NCBI GenBank assembly: GCA_964566255.1
Contig: CAZMID010000001.1
Location: 83,152 to 147,151 of the forward strand
Origin: an uncultured Planctomycetia bacterium
GTDB taxonomy: Bacteria; Omnitrophota; Gorgyraeia; Gorgyraeales; Gorgyraeaceae
Direction of reading: 5' to 3'
Length of the DNA: 64,000 bases
Shown here piece after piece: positions 19,515 to 27,767 of the stretch. Position numbers and translations under genes: made by a program. The notes beneath the pieces were generated by a model that saw nothing but the letters and a program-made list of their open reading frames with translations, did no database searches and had not been told where the DNA came from. Numbering within the stretch: position 1 is the first letter of the stretch; each line of letters opens with the position of its first letter.

Positions 19515-20416
19515 TACATGCCTCGCACTGCAAGAAATACTGCAATTACAGCTATTAAAGTCATTTTTCCCCAGAAAAATCTCATTGCCTGATCAACCCT
19601 AACCCTGGGATTCGTATTCCTCATTAAAATTATTACAACTAAAAGTACTACGTATTTCCATATACTAAATCCGCCCCAAAATACCGTAATTAAAAATAGA
19701 GGAAGTGCTACCATCATCATTGTCTTTGTAAGTTTAAATATAGCAAGTAAAATCCCTGAATACTCTATATGAGTACCTGCCATTATCTCTGTCTCTGCCT
19801 CTCCTGCATCAAAAGGTACAAGCCCTAACTTTGCCTGCATACAGAATATTGCAACTAATATGGAAAGAATTCCTGACAAACTTGATATAAATGCCCCATT
19901 CATTGCCTGATAAGTAAGTAATTCATGCAACCTTAAAAGTCCATTACTTTTTATAATAGGTACAGTTAATACTAGAATAAAAGGTAATTCATAAGAAAGC
20001 ATAAGCTTTATCTCTCTTGATAGGCCAACCGATGCCAAAGGATTACCGCTGGCTGATGCACCTAACATAAGAGAAATCGCTGGTAATGTCAATAAATACA
20101 AAATAACTATTAAATCTCCCCTAAAACCACTTGGCATTACCTCTATATTAGATAGCCACAGAAAAGTTGAAGCCAATATTACAGCACTAAGTCCTATAAA
20201 AGGCGAAGCCATAAAAAGTGTCTTTGAGGAAGACTTTGGAATAGTGATTTCCTTTATGCTTAATTTTACTAAATCTATAAGAGGCTGGTACCAAGGTGGA
20301 CCTACCCTCCACTGTACGCGGGCCGTAACCTTACGATCTATCCAGCTTGCGACCAAACCGACAGCTGCTGTAAAAATAAATCCAGGAAATATTAAAAAAT
20401 TAAATAATAGTTTCAT
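19514..20416 (-). CDS. NuoH-like membrane subunit (MbhM/HycD-type)
   Basis: 300 aa with about 8 TM helices; position matches Mbh/Ech operons. Confidence 0.7.
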   Translation of the reverse strand: MKLLFNFLIFPGFIFTAAVGLVASWIDRKVTARVQWRVGPPWYQPLIDLVKLSIKEITIPKSSSKTLFMASPFIGLSAVILASTFLWLSNIEVMPSGFRGDLIVILYLLTLPAISLMLGASASGNPLASVGLSREIKLMLSYELPFILVLTVPIIKSNGLLRLHELLTYQAMNGAFISSLSGILSILVAIFCMQAKLGLVPFDAGEAETEIMAGTHIEYSGILLAIFKLTKTMMMVALPLFLITVFWGGFSIWKYVVLLVVIILMRNTNPRVRVDQAMRFFWGKMTLIAVIAVFLAVRGM

Positions 20417-20898
20417 TATGGGTGATATTTCTTCCAGGGTTTTGCATGGACTGCAATATTTTTACCTATTAAAAATATATCGTCCTTTTCTGATTCATCT
20501 ACTTCGGTAAATTTCACTGCATCTTTTATGGAACAACTCTTTACACATACAGGTACTTCTTTTTTACTCCTATCTATACAAACATCGCACTGGGAAGTAA
20601 TATAAGGTACTGTCTCAATAGGGATTGTACCAAAAGGGCACGACATACTACAAGATTTACAAGATATACATCTCATTGTATAACGCTTTATCGTACCATC
20701 ATCTTGTTTTTCCAGTGCGTCTTTAGGACAACTCGTTACACAGGGTGCCTCTTCGCACTTCCTGCAGATATGTAAAAATTGTGCTATTTCTCTTAAGCGG
20801 GTTATGCCTGAATTCCCAGGACGGTAATAATAACTGCAATCTGCCTTTACCTCTTCACAGCTATATAATTTTTCAAGATCTATAAATAAACGTTTCAT
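20416..20898 (-). CDS. 4Fe-4S poly-ferredoxin (HycB-like electron-transfer subunit)
   Basis: 160 aa with four CxxC-type cysteine clusters (CRKCEEAPCVTSCP, CISCKSCSMSCP, CDVCIDR ... CVKSC). Confidence 0.65.
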   Translation of the reverse strand: MKRLFIDLEKLYSCEEVKADCSYYYRPGNSGITRLREIAQFLHICRKCEEAPCVTSCPKDALEKQDDGTIKRYTMRCISCKSCSMSCPFGTIPIETVPYITSQCDVCIDRSKKEVPVCVKSCSIKDAVKFTEVDESEKDDIFLIGKNIAVHAKPWKKYHP

Positions 20899-20900
20899 AC

Positions 20901-21725
20901 CTAGTCCCAGATTTCGTGAATGTTATTTATTTTATCATACCTAAATACAGGACCGTCTTTACATACATAAAAATTTCCGATCCTACAGTGGCCACATTTA
21001 CCTACGCCGCAACTCATATTCTTTTCCATTGATAGATAGATTTGATTTTCTTTATATCCTACCTCAAGTAATTTAAAGGTTGAAAATTTCATCATTATTG
21101 GCGGGCCGCATACAATTGCTACACTATTTTTTAGATGAAGGTGTAAATTATCAAGTGTTGTGGTCACAAGACCAACTTTTCCTTTCCAACTATCATCTTT
21201 TTTATCAACTGTAACCCTAAAATCTACCTTTTTATCTATCTTCTGCCATTTATCTAAAACACTATCCTTAAATATAATATCTGATGGTGTCTTCGAGCCA
21301 CAGCAGAATAATATACTTTTATATTTATCTATATCGTGAACTAATGCCAAAAATAACGCCCTTAATGGTGCGAGCCCTACTCCTCCTCCTACAAGTAAAA
21401 TCTCTTTACCTTCAAACTCAGTTAGAGGATATTCATTACCATATGGGCCTCTTAATCCTACTATATCTCCTTTTTTTAAATCATGTATTCTAGAGGTAAC
21501 TAAACCTACTTTCATGATGCTGATTTCTATTTTACTCTTTTGATAAGGAGAAGATGATGGCGTAAATGGCGCTTCTCCTACACCAGGAATAGTCATTTCC
21601 ATAAACTGGCCTGCCTTAAAATGCATTGGCTTATCAGGTTTAAGAGAAAACGTCTTTATAGTAGGACTCTCACTGCATACATCCAGGACCTCTGCTTTTG
21701 TAGGTATATAAGGATTTTCTATCAT
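20901..21725 (-). CDS. FAD/NAD(P)-binding oxidoreductase subunit with C-terminal [2Fe-2S] (HydG/AsrB/PyrK-like)
   Basis: 274 aa; ferredoxin-reductase-type fold motifs; C-terminal CGVGKCGHCRIGNFYVC 2Fe-2S motif. Confidence 0.7.
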   Translation of the reverse strand: MIENPYIPTKAEVLDVCSESPTIKTFSLKPDKPMHFKAGQFMEMTIPGVGEAPFTPSSSPYQKSKIEISIMKVGLVTSRIHDLKKGDIVGLRGPYGNEYPLTEFEGKEILLVGGGVGLAPLRALFLALVHDIDKYKSILFCCGSKTPSDIIFKDSVLDKWQKIDKKVDFRVTVDKKDDSWKGKVGLVTTTLDNLHLHLKNSVAIVCGPPIMMKFSTFKLLEVGYKENQIYLSMEKNMSCGVGKCGHCRIGNFYVCKDGPVFRYDKINNIHEIWD

Positions 21726-22741
21726 AATTTACTAAGGACCTCATCGATGCGTATCTTGCCAGGACAGGCTTCACTGCACCTTCCGCAGCCAGTACAGCCA
21801 AATCTTCCGATCGTATCTGGGAAAAAATTAAATTTTTTATCAAAACGGTTTCTTATTCGCTCTGCTAAAAGTTTTCTTGGATTTGCATTGCCTGCAACTC
21901 TTGCGAAAGAAAGTAAAAGACAAGAATCCCACAGCCTCAACCTTTCAAACCCTCCTTCTTTAGCCTGATCCTTTAAGATAAAACAGTGACAAGCAGGACA
22001 TATTACATTACAAGCACCACACTCGACACACGTTTTGACAGTCTCTTCCCATAACTTTGAATCAAACTTCTTCTTAAAAAGGTTCTGAACTTTAGAAGCA
22101 TCTGGTATATTTTTCTTTTTTGTATGCTTTGCGATTTCTTCTTCTAATTTTTTCCTATGCGTTTCCTTTTTTTCAATATAAAGATCTGCATTCTGGAATA
22201 ATTTAAAATACTCTTTTACTATTTTTTCTCCTTTTTCTGAACCTATTTCTGCAACGTAACCACTTTCTATCTCTGAAAGATTTATATCAAACCCTTCTTT
22301 TGGATATGGCATTATACCCAAAGCTACACAAAAACAAGTATCTTTATAACAAGTGCAATCACTTGAAATTATAAGACTCTCTTCTCTTCGGGAAATATAA
22401 GATGGATCCTTAAAAGAATCTTGACTAAAGACATAATCCATCACCTTTAATGAAGCCAAATCACACGACTTGGCGCCTATTATAGCTACAGGTCTTATCT
22501 TTTTATCGGAAATCTTCTCAGAAAAGTAATCTGCTACTTTTGTCCTGGCGAGAAAATAGAAACTCTTTATAGATTGTACTGGTCTTACCTCGCCTATGAC
22601 AGCATCTTCAAGCCCTTTATCTCCAACACGTTTATACTGTAAATTATCGTCGGATTTTACAGGGGCATAAACCCTGTGTGTCTTAAAAAGGGACTTGGCG
22701 AGTCTGTCAAGATTTGGTCGATTTATAAAATACGTGTCCAA
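21722..22741 (-). CDS. Iron-sulfur subunit (HydB/AsrA-like)
   Basis: 339 aa; CVECGACNVICPACHC and CTGCGRCSEACPG motifs; 4-nt overlap with the HydG-like gene; apparent TTG start. Confidence 0.65.
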   Translation of the reverse strand: MDTYFINRPNLDRLAKSLFKTHRVYAPVKSDDNLQYKRVGDKGLEDAVIGEVRPVQSIKSFYFLARTKVADYFSEKISDKKIRPVAIIGAKSCDLASLKVMDYVFSQDSFKDPSYISRREESLIISSDCTCYKDTCFCVALGIMPYPKEGFDINLSEIESGYVAEIGSEKGEKIVKEYFKLFQNADLYIEKKETHRKKLEEEIAKHTKKKNIPDASKVQNLFKKKFDSKLWEETVKTCVECGACNVICPACHCFILKDQAKEGGFERLRLWDSCLLLSFARVAGNANPRKLLAERIRNRFDKKFNFFPDTIGRFGCTGCGRCSEACPGKIRIDEVLSKL

Positions 22742-22760
22742 AGAAGTGACTTTCTAGAAG

Positions 22761-22780
22761 TTTGTGAAAATTATCACAAA
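22761..22780. promoter_or_regulatory. Perfect CRP/FNR-family palindrome TTTGTGA-N6-TCACAAA in the 5' UTR of the hydrogenase operon
   Basis: TGTGA at 22763-22767, a 6-nt spacer, TCACA at 22774-22778, with 7-bp perfect arms; it lies between the predicted -10 and the first gene start. Confidence 0.45.
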
Positions 22781-22794
22781 GTTTGTAAAATAAA

Positions 22795-22823
22795 AAAGCA
22801 ACCACTATTCAACAACTATAATA
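22795..22823 (-). promoter_or_regulatory. Sigma70-type promoter TTGACA-N17-TATAGT for the HydB/G-Mbh-Mrp operon
   Basis: Reverse complement of 22818-22823 is TTGACA and of 22795-22800 is TATAGT, with a 17-nt spacer. Confidence 0.5.
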
Positions 22824-22851
22824 CAAAGCCTTTTTTGTGTCAAGAGAAAAA

Positions 22852-23271
22852 TTAAAAATGTAGCTCCATTGCTCGCGGCGGACAGGCCTTTATGCATAAT
22901 TCGCAAGCAATACACTTGTCATTATGAAAAAGTACTTTTTGTGTTTTAGGATCTATTATTAATGCCTCTGTTGGGCATATAGGAACGCATGCCCCGCAAT
23001 GAGTACACTTCTCTTCATCCCTCTTTATATCCTTAGAAAGTGGTTGAACCGCAAGACCTAAGGATTTGGCATACTTTAGAGCCTTATCAAAATTCTTATC
23101 CTCACCTTTAAGTTCAAGGACCAAAAGCCCTTCTTCCTTTGGAGTGACATGTGCCTTTAATATATTAAACTCCAAGTCATAATCCTTCACCATCTTATAG
23201 ATTATAGGTTGATCTACGAGTCTATGGGGAAATTTTAAAACAATTCGTTCGCATTTCATTTTAACCTCCAA
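22852..23271 (-). CDS. NIL-domain / 4Fe-4S ferredoxin fusion protein
   Basis: 139 aa; N-terminal NIL-like domain (as in the MetN C-terminus); C-terminal CTHCGACVPICP and CIACELCIKACP motifs. Confidence 0.6.
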   Translation of the reverse strand: MEVKMKCERIVLKFPHRLVDQPIIYKMVKDYDLEFNILKAHVTPKEEGLLVLELKGEDKNFDKALKYAKSLGLAVQPLSKDIKRDEEKCTHCGACVPICPTEALIIDPKTQKVLFHNDKCIACELCIKACPPRAMELHF

Positions 23272-23998
23272 CTAATTCTATATCTCCTAAAACACCAAAA
23301 TCCTTTTTATAGATTATAAGGGCTCCTTTTACACCTTTTATATTAAGGGCCCACTTGAGACTAGGTTTAATATCTTCTTTTCTCTTTACTCTATTACTCG
23401 TTGCAGTTGCAACTGCATCTGCTAAAATCGTAGATTTAGATATTATAACACAGGCGTCTGCTTTTCCAAAGCTTAAAGAATGCCCTATTGTACCAGATGA
23501 CGTACATATACCAAGAGGTGTATCTTCTGATTTTATCTTTATAAAAAGCTTATTTGTAAGAGGTGAATCACCTGCGTATATCGCTACAGTCCTATCGATA
23601 TCGGATTTTATAAATATATCGCCTCCATTTTCAATTATAACCTCTTTAGTAGTAGATAAAAGATCTTTTCCTACAAATTCTGATATTGCTCCTGCAACAC
23701 TTGCCATTGGTCCGACCTCGGCTTGAGTAGATTTAATCATCATATCCTTTATAATACTAGGTGCATTTTGATCTAAAGGTAATGACTTGAGGCTCGTCTT
23801 AAAATCAGGGTGAATTTTAATATAATTTTCTATTTCACATCTATATTTTTCTATTAATTCCTTGGCAATATTTTTTACATCCTTTTTAGCATAGATAAAA
23901 ATATCCGTTTCATTAACAGTAACTTCTTGAGGAATAAGATCATCTGAAGCTATCCATTTTCTATAAAATCTTTCTTGGTAATCTTTGCTCTTAGCCAT
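23261..23998 (-). CDS. UPF0280 / ApbE-like family protein
   Basis: 245 aa; GPMASVAGA and GICTSSGTIGHS motifs resemble the ApbE-related UPF0280 family. Confidence 0.45.
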   Translation of the reverse strand: MAKSKDYQERFYRKWIASDDLIPQEVTVNETDIFIYAKKDVKNIAKELIEKYRCEIENYIKIHPDFKTSLKSLPLDQNAPSIIKDMMIKSTQAEVGPMASVAGAISEFVGKDLLSTTKEVIIENGGDIFIKSDIDRTVAIYAGDSPLTNKLFIKIKSEDTPLGICTSSGTIGHSLSFGKADACVIISKSTILADAVATATSNRVKRKEDIKPSLKWALNIKGVKGALIIYKKDFGVLGDIELVGG

Positions 23999-24000
23999 AA

Positions 24001-24345
24001 TTATTCGATCTCTATTGAAGCAACTGATATGCCTTTACCTTCGATCAAGTCATTTATATTGCTTTTACACTTAGGACATCCCCCAAGACCGGTTTCAACT
24101 TGAAATTCATAACTACAGTTCTTACATTTAAACTTAGCTTCTACTTTTTCAAAGTTAAGTTCTGCCTTTTCAAGAGAAGTTCCTTTTGCACGCTCTCTAA
24201 AATGAAATTCAAAATGTTCTGAACTTATTCCTTCTAATTCACCTATAAGTATATTTATCTTTTTAACCTTTGAATTAAGCTTTTCTTCTTTTAACTTAGC
24301 ATTTATAACACAAAGTATATCATCTACCATGCCTATTTCATGCAT
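24001..24345 (-). CDS. hypA: Hydrogenase nickel-incorporation protein HypA
   Basis: 114 aa; starts MHEIGM; zinc motifs CKNCSYEF and CPKCKS. Confidence 0.85.
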   Translation of the reverse strand: MHEIGMVDDILCVINAKLKEEKLNSKVKKINILIGELEGISSEHFEFHFRERAKGTSLEKAELNFEKVEAKFKCKNCSYEFQVETGLGGCPKCKSNINDLIEGKGISVASIEIE

Positions 24346-24357
24346 ATCTGTCTCCTT

Positions 24358-25356
24358 CTAACATATCCTTGGTAATTGTTCACCCCTTGCCATATCTAAA
24401 ATCCTTGATCCACCTATTTCAGTCTTTAAATAAACCTTTCTATCTTTTTTTCTTTCAATTTCACCTATAATTTGACTATTTTTACCTAAAGGGTGTTTTT
24501 TCATTCTAGATAAGACTTTTGAGGCAGCACTTTTTGAAACTATAACTACTACCTTACCTTCATTTGCCATATATAAAGGATCAAACCCTAATATCTCACA
24601 TAATGCCTTTACTGACTCTTTTATAGGTACTTTTGATTCATCTATACCTATATTATAGCCTGAAGCCATACTAATCTCATTTAATGTGGTAGCAAGGCCC
24701 CCTCTAGTAGGATCCCTCATAAACTTTATATCCTTAGATATAATAGACGATATAAGGCTATTTAAAGGGGCGCAATCACTAAGAATTCTTGATTTAAATC
24801 TAAGATCCTCCCTTGCAAGTAAAATACTTGATGCATGATCTCCTACAGTACCGCTTATAATAACCTTATCTGTCGGACTTATCCGGTCAATTGAGATCCT
24901 GGCATCCTTAATGATTTCTCCTACCCCGGAGGTATTTATAAAAATCTTATCTATGGAACCTTTTTCAACAACCTTAAAATCTCCTGCAACTATATTTACA
25001 CCTGCTTTTTTAGAAGCTAATTTTATAGAAAGAGTTATTTTTTCTAAATCTTTATAAAGAAATCCTTCTTCTACGATCATCCCGCATGATATATACTTAG
25101 GTCTTGCACCAGATACAGATAAATCATTAACTGTACCGCAAATAGAAAGCTTTCCTATGTCTCCTCCAGGAAAAAATATAGGATTAATAACAAAAGAATC
25201 CGTTGTATAGGCAAATTTTTTACTTTTAGTATCAATAAGTGCAGAATCTCCTAACTTTTTTAAAAAAGGATTGTCTAAATGCTTTAAAAATAAATCCTTT
25301 ATTAAATCATGCATCAGACTTCCGCCGCTTCCATGGGATAAGGTTATCTTTTTCAT
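24358..25356 (-). CDS. hypE: Hydrogenase maturation factor HypE
   Basis: 332 aa; AIR-synthase-related fold; ends with the conserved PRIC. Confidence 0.85.
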   Translation of the reverse strand: MKKITLSHGSGGSLMHDLIKDLFLKHLDNPFLKKLGDSALIDTKSKKFAYTTDSFVINPIFFPGGDIGKLSICGTVNDLSVSGARPKYISCGMIVEEGFLYKDLEKITLSIKLASKKAGVNIVAGDFKVVEKGSIDKIFINTSGVGEIIKDARISIDRISPTDKVIISGTVGDHASSILLAREDLRFKSRILSDCAPLNSLISSIISKDIKFMRDPTRGGLATTLNEISMASGYNIGIDESKVPIKESVKALCEILGFDPLYMANEGKVVVIVSKSAASKVLSRMKKHPLGKNSQIIGEIERKKDRKVYLKTEIGGSRILDMARGEQLPRIC

Positions 25357-26441
25357 CGCCTATACCTATAATATGCACTACATGCACCTTCACTAGAGAC
25401 CATGCATGCCCCTATAGGATTAGAAGGGGTACATTTTTTAGAAAATAACTTACAGTCAAAAGGTATCTTTATACCTTTTAAGACATCCCCGCAAATACAA
25501 CCTCTATCAGGTACTGTTTTTATAGTCGGTAAAGAAAATCCTCTTTCAGCATCAAATTTGGAATATTTCTTTTTCAAAGTGAGACCACTTTTAGGGATAT
25601 TACCTATGCCTCGCCATTCAGAATCATCTATTGAAAAAACTTCATTCATTAAATTCATGGCCTTTTTATTACCTAAAGGTTTAACTACTCTTTTATATTG
25701 ATTTTCGACCTTACTCTTTTTTAAACGAATCTGTTCTACGATCATCAAGATTCCCTGCAATACATCAAGTGGTTCAAATCCCGTTACAACACATGGAATA
25801 TTATATTTTCCGCTGACTATATTATAAGGTTTTGTACCTATAATAGTACTTACATGGGCTGGGCATAAAAATCCATCTATATTTACATTAGGATCTTTTA
25901 CCAAAACCTCCATTGCAGGTAAAATTACTTTATGTCCAGAATATAGAAAAAAATTCCTGATATTTTTCTTTTTTGCATATATCAAACTTGCGGCTATAGT
26001 AGGAGATGTGGTCTCAAACCCTACAGCAAGAAATATCACTTTTTTATCTTTGTTTTTTCTGGCAATATCTACTGCATCCAAAACTGAATATACAACTTTT
26101 ACTAAACCTCCTTTTGATTTTTCATCTATAAGACTGGAGTGAGACCCCGGTACCCTCATCATATCTCCAAAAGTCACTATAATAACTCCGGGAAGTTTAG
26201 ATAAAGCTATAGTTTTATCTATGTAGGATTTTGGAGTTACGCATACAGGACATCCTGGACCTGATAGAAGGTTTATATTTTCAGGTATTAGTTTACGGAT
26301 GCCAAATTTACAGATAGACATTGTATGTGTACCACACACCTCCATTATATTTATAGGTCCTAGACCTAAGGCCTTATCAAAAATAATCTTTGAAACTCTT
26401 TTAGCTATTTTATTATTTCTGAATTCGTCTATATACTTCAT
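25353..26441 (-). CDS. hypD: Hydrogenase maturation factor HypD
   Basis: 362 aa; GPGCPVC and FLCPAHV motifs of HypD. Confidence 0.85.
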   Translation of the reverse strand: MKYIDEFRNNKIAKRVSKIIFDKALGLGPINIMEVCGTHTMSICKFGIRKLIPENINLLSGPGCPVCVTPKSYIDKTIALSKLPGVIIVTFGDMMRVPGSHSSLIDEKSKGGLVKVVYSVLDAVDIARKNKDKKVIFLAVGFETTSPTIAASLIYAKKKNIRNFFLYSGHKVILPAMEVLVKDPNVNIDGFLCPAHVSTIIGTKPYNIVSGKYNIPCVVTGFEPLDVLQGILMIVEQIRLKKSKVENQYKRVVKPLGNKKAMNLMNEVFSIDDSEWRGIGNIPKSGLTLKKKYSKFDAERGFSLPTIKTVPDRGCICGDVLKGIKIPFDCKLFSKKCTPSNPIGACMVSSEGACSAYYRYRR

Positions 26442-26647
26442 AGGACATCCTTTAACATCTGAAGGGTCTCTTGTGCCTTTTTAGGACTTATTTTTTCTAT
26501 GGCAAAACCCGCATGGACAACTACATAATCTCCTATTTTTGGATTAGTTAAAAAATTAATGGCAATCTTGCGCTGTATATTTGCTGCAGATACTATTGCC
26601 CTATCACCTTCTATCTTTAAAATCTTCATTGGTATTCCTAAACACAT
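26438..26647 (-). CDS. hypC: Hydrogenase maturation factor HypC
   Basis: The true start is the internal MCLGIP (HypC always begins MC(L/A)(G/A)IP), preceded by a GAGGT SD; the ORF track's upstream extension is not used; 69 aa. Confidence 0.8.
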   Translation of the reverse strand: MCLGIPMKILKIEGDRAIVSAANIQRKIAINFLTNPKIGDYVVVHAGFAIEKISPKKAQETLQMLKDVL

Positions 26648-26657
26648 ATCTATTACC

Positions 26658-27761
26658 TCATCCAGCAAGGGCTGCTTGACCCAATGCAATATTACCATCG
26701 TGAAATGGAACATTTTTATGTAAATATACCTTAAAATCTTCTTTTTCTAAAAGAGGGGTTACACGATCTATCAAATATCTATTTTGAAATACCCCTCCAC
26801 TCAAAACTACCTTAGAAATCTTATATTTTTTTCTTAATAAAATGGAAAGTTCTTTTATCATATCGCAAATTGTATTATGAAATTTTAAAGATATAGTGCC
26901 TTTAGGAATTTTTCTCTTAAGGTCATTAACTACACCTTTAATAAGTTTATTATGCTTTATTACAAAAATATCTTTATTCTTCACGATATCAAAATTATAA
27001 GATTTTGTATTTTTTGCATTTGATATTACCTTTTCCAGTTCAATTGCTGCTTGAGCATCGTATTTTGCAATATTACATATGTCGAGAATAGATGATACGG
27101 CATCAAAAAGCCTTCCCACACTAGAGGTCAAAGGTGAATTTATACTTTTTTTAATAATTTGTATCAAAAATTCTGATTTTCCTCTTTCTAACTTGATGAT
27201 ATTTGGAAAGTTATCCCCGTATACACTATATAAATAACTCAACGCCATGCGATACGGCTCTTTTACTGCCATCTCTCCTCCAGGCATAGGTACATATTGT
27301 AAATGGCTAGCTCTTTTAAATCCTTTAATGCCACCTACAAAAAACTCACCTCCCCAAATATTTCCATCAAGACCGAATCCTGTTCCATCAAATGCAATAC
27401 CTATTACATCGCCTTTTATTTTATTATCTACAATTGAACTTGCTATATGAGCATGATGATGTTGAATAGATTTTAACTTAAAATTACTATTTTTTACCAA
27501 ATCATCTGCATATTTAGTAGATATGTATTCTGGGTGAAGATCGCATGCAATAATGCGTGGAGTTAACTTTAGCTTTTTCTTTAAATTCTTTATTCGCCTT
27601 TCAAAAACCCTGAAACTTTCCATATTACTTAAATCTCCATCGGGCTTTGAAAGATAAGCTATATTATTTTTAACAAAACAAAAGCTATTCTTTGATTGTG
27701 CGCCGACAGCAAAAATTTCAGCTTTTTTCCGCCGAGGAAAATTTATCGTAGTGTAATCCAT
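26658..27761 (-). CDS. hypF: Carbamoyltransferase HypF, C-terminal Kae1/YgjD-like domain only (the N-terminal acylphosphatase, Zn-finger and YrdC domains are absent)
   Basis: 367 aa; HHHAHIAS and C-terminal LSGGVFQN ... DGNIALGQA motifs of the HypF C-domain. The gene starts 6 nt after the stop of the unrelated upstream gene. Confidence 0.7.
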   Translation of the reverse strand: MDYTTINFPRRKKAEIFAVGAQSKNSFCFVKNNIAYLSKPDGDLSNMESFRVFERRIKNLKKKLKLTPRIIACDLHPEYISTKYADDLVKNSNFKLKSIQHHHAHIASSIVDNKIKGDVIGIAFDGTGFGLDGNIWGGEFFVGGIKGFKRASHLQYVPMPGGEMAVKEPYRMALSYLYSVYGDNFPNIIKLERGKSEFLIQIIKKSINSPLTSSVGRLFDAVSSILDICNIAKYDAQAAIELEKVISNAKNTKSYNFDIVKNKDIFVIKHNKLIKGVVNDLKRKIPKGTISLKFHNTICDMIKELSILLRKKYKISKVVLSGGVFQNRYLIDRVTPLLEKEDFKVYLHKNVPFHDGNIALGQAALAG

Positions 27762-27767
27762 GGTAAG

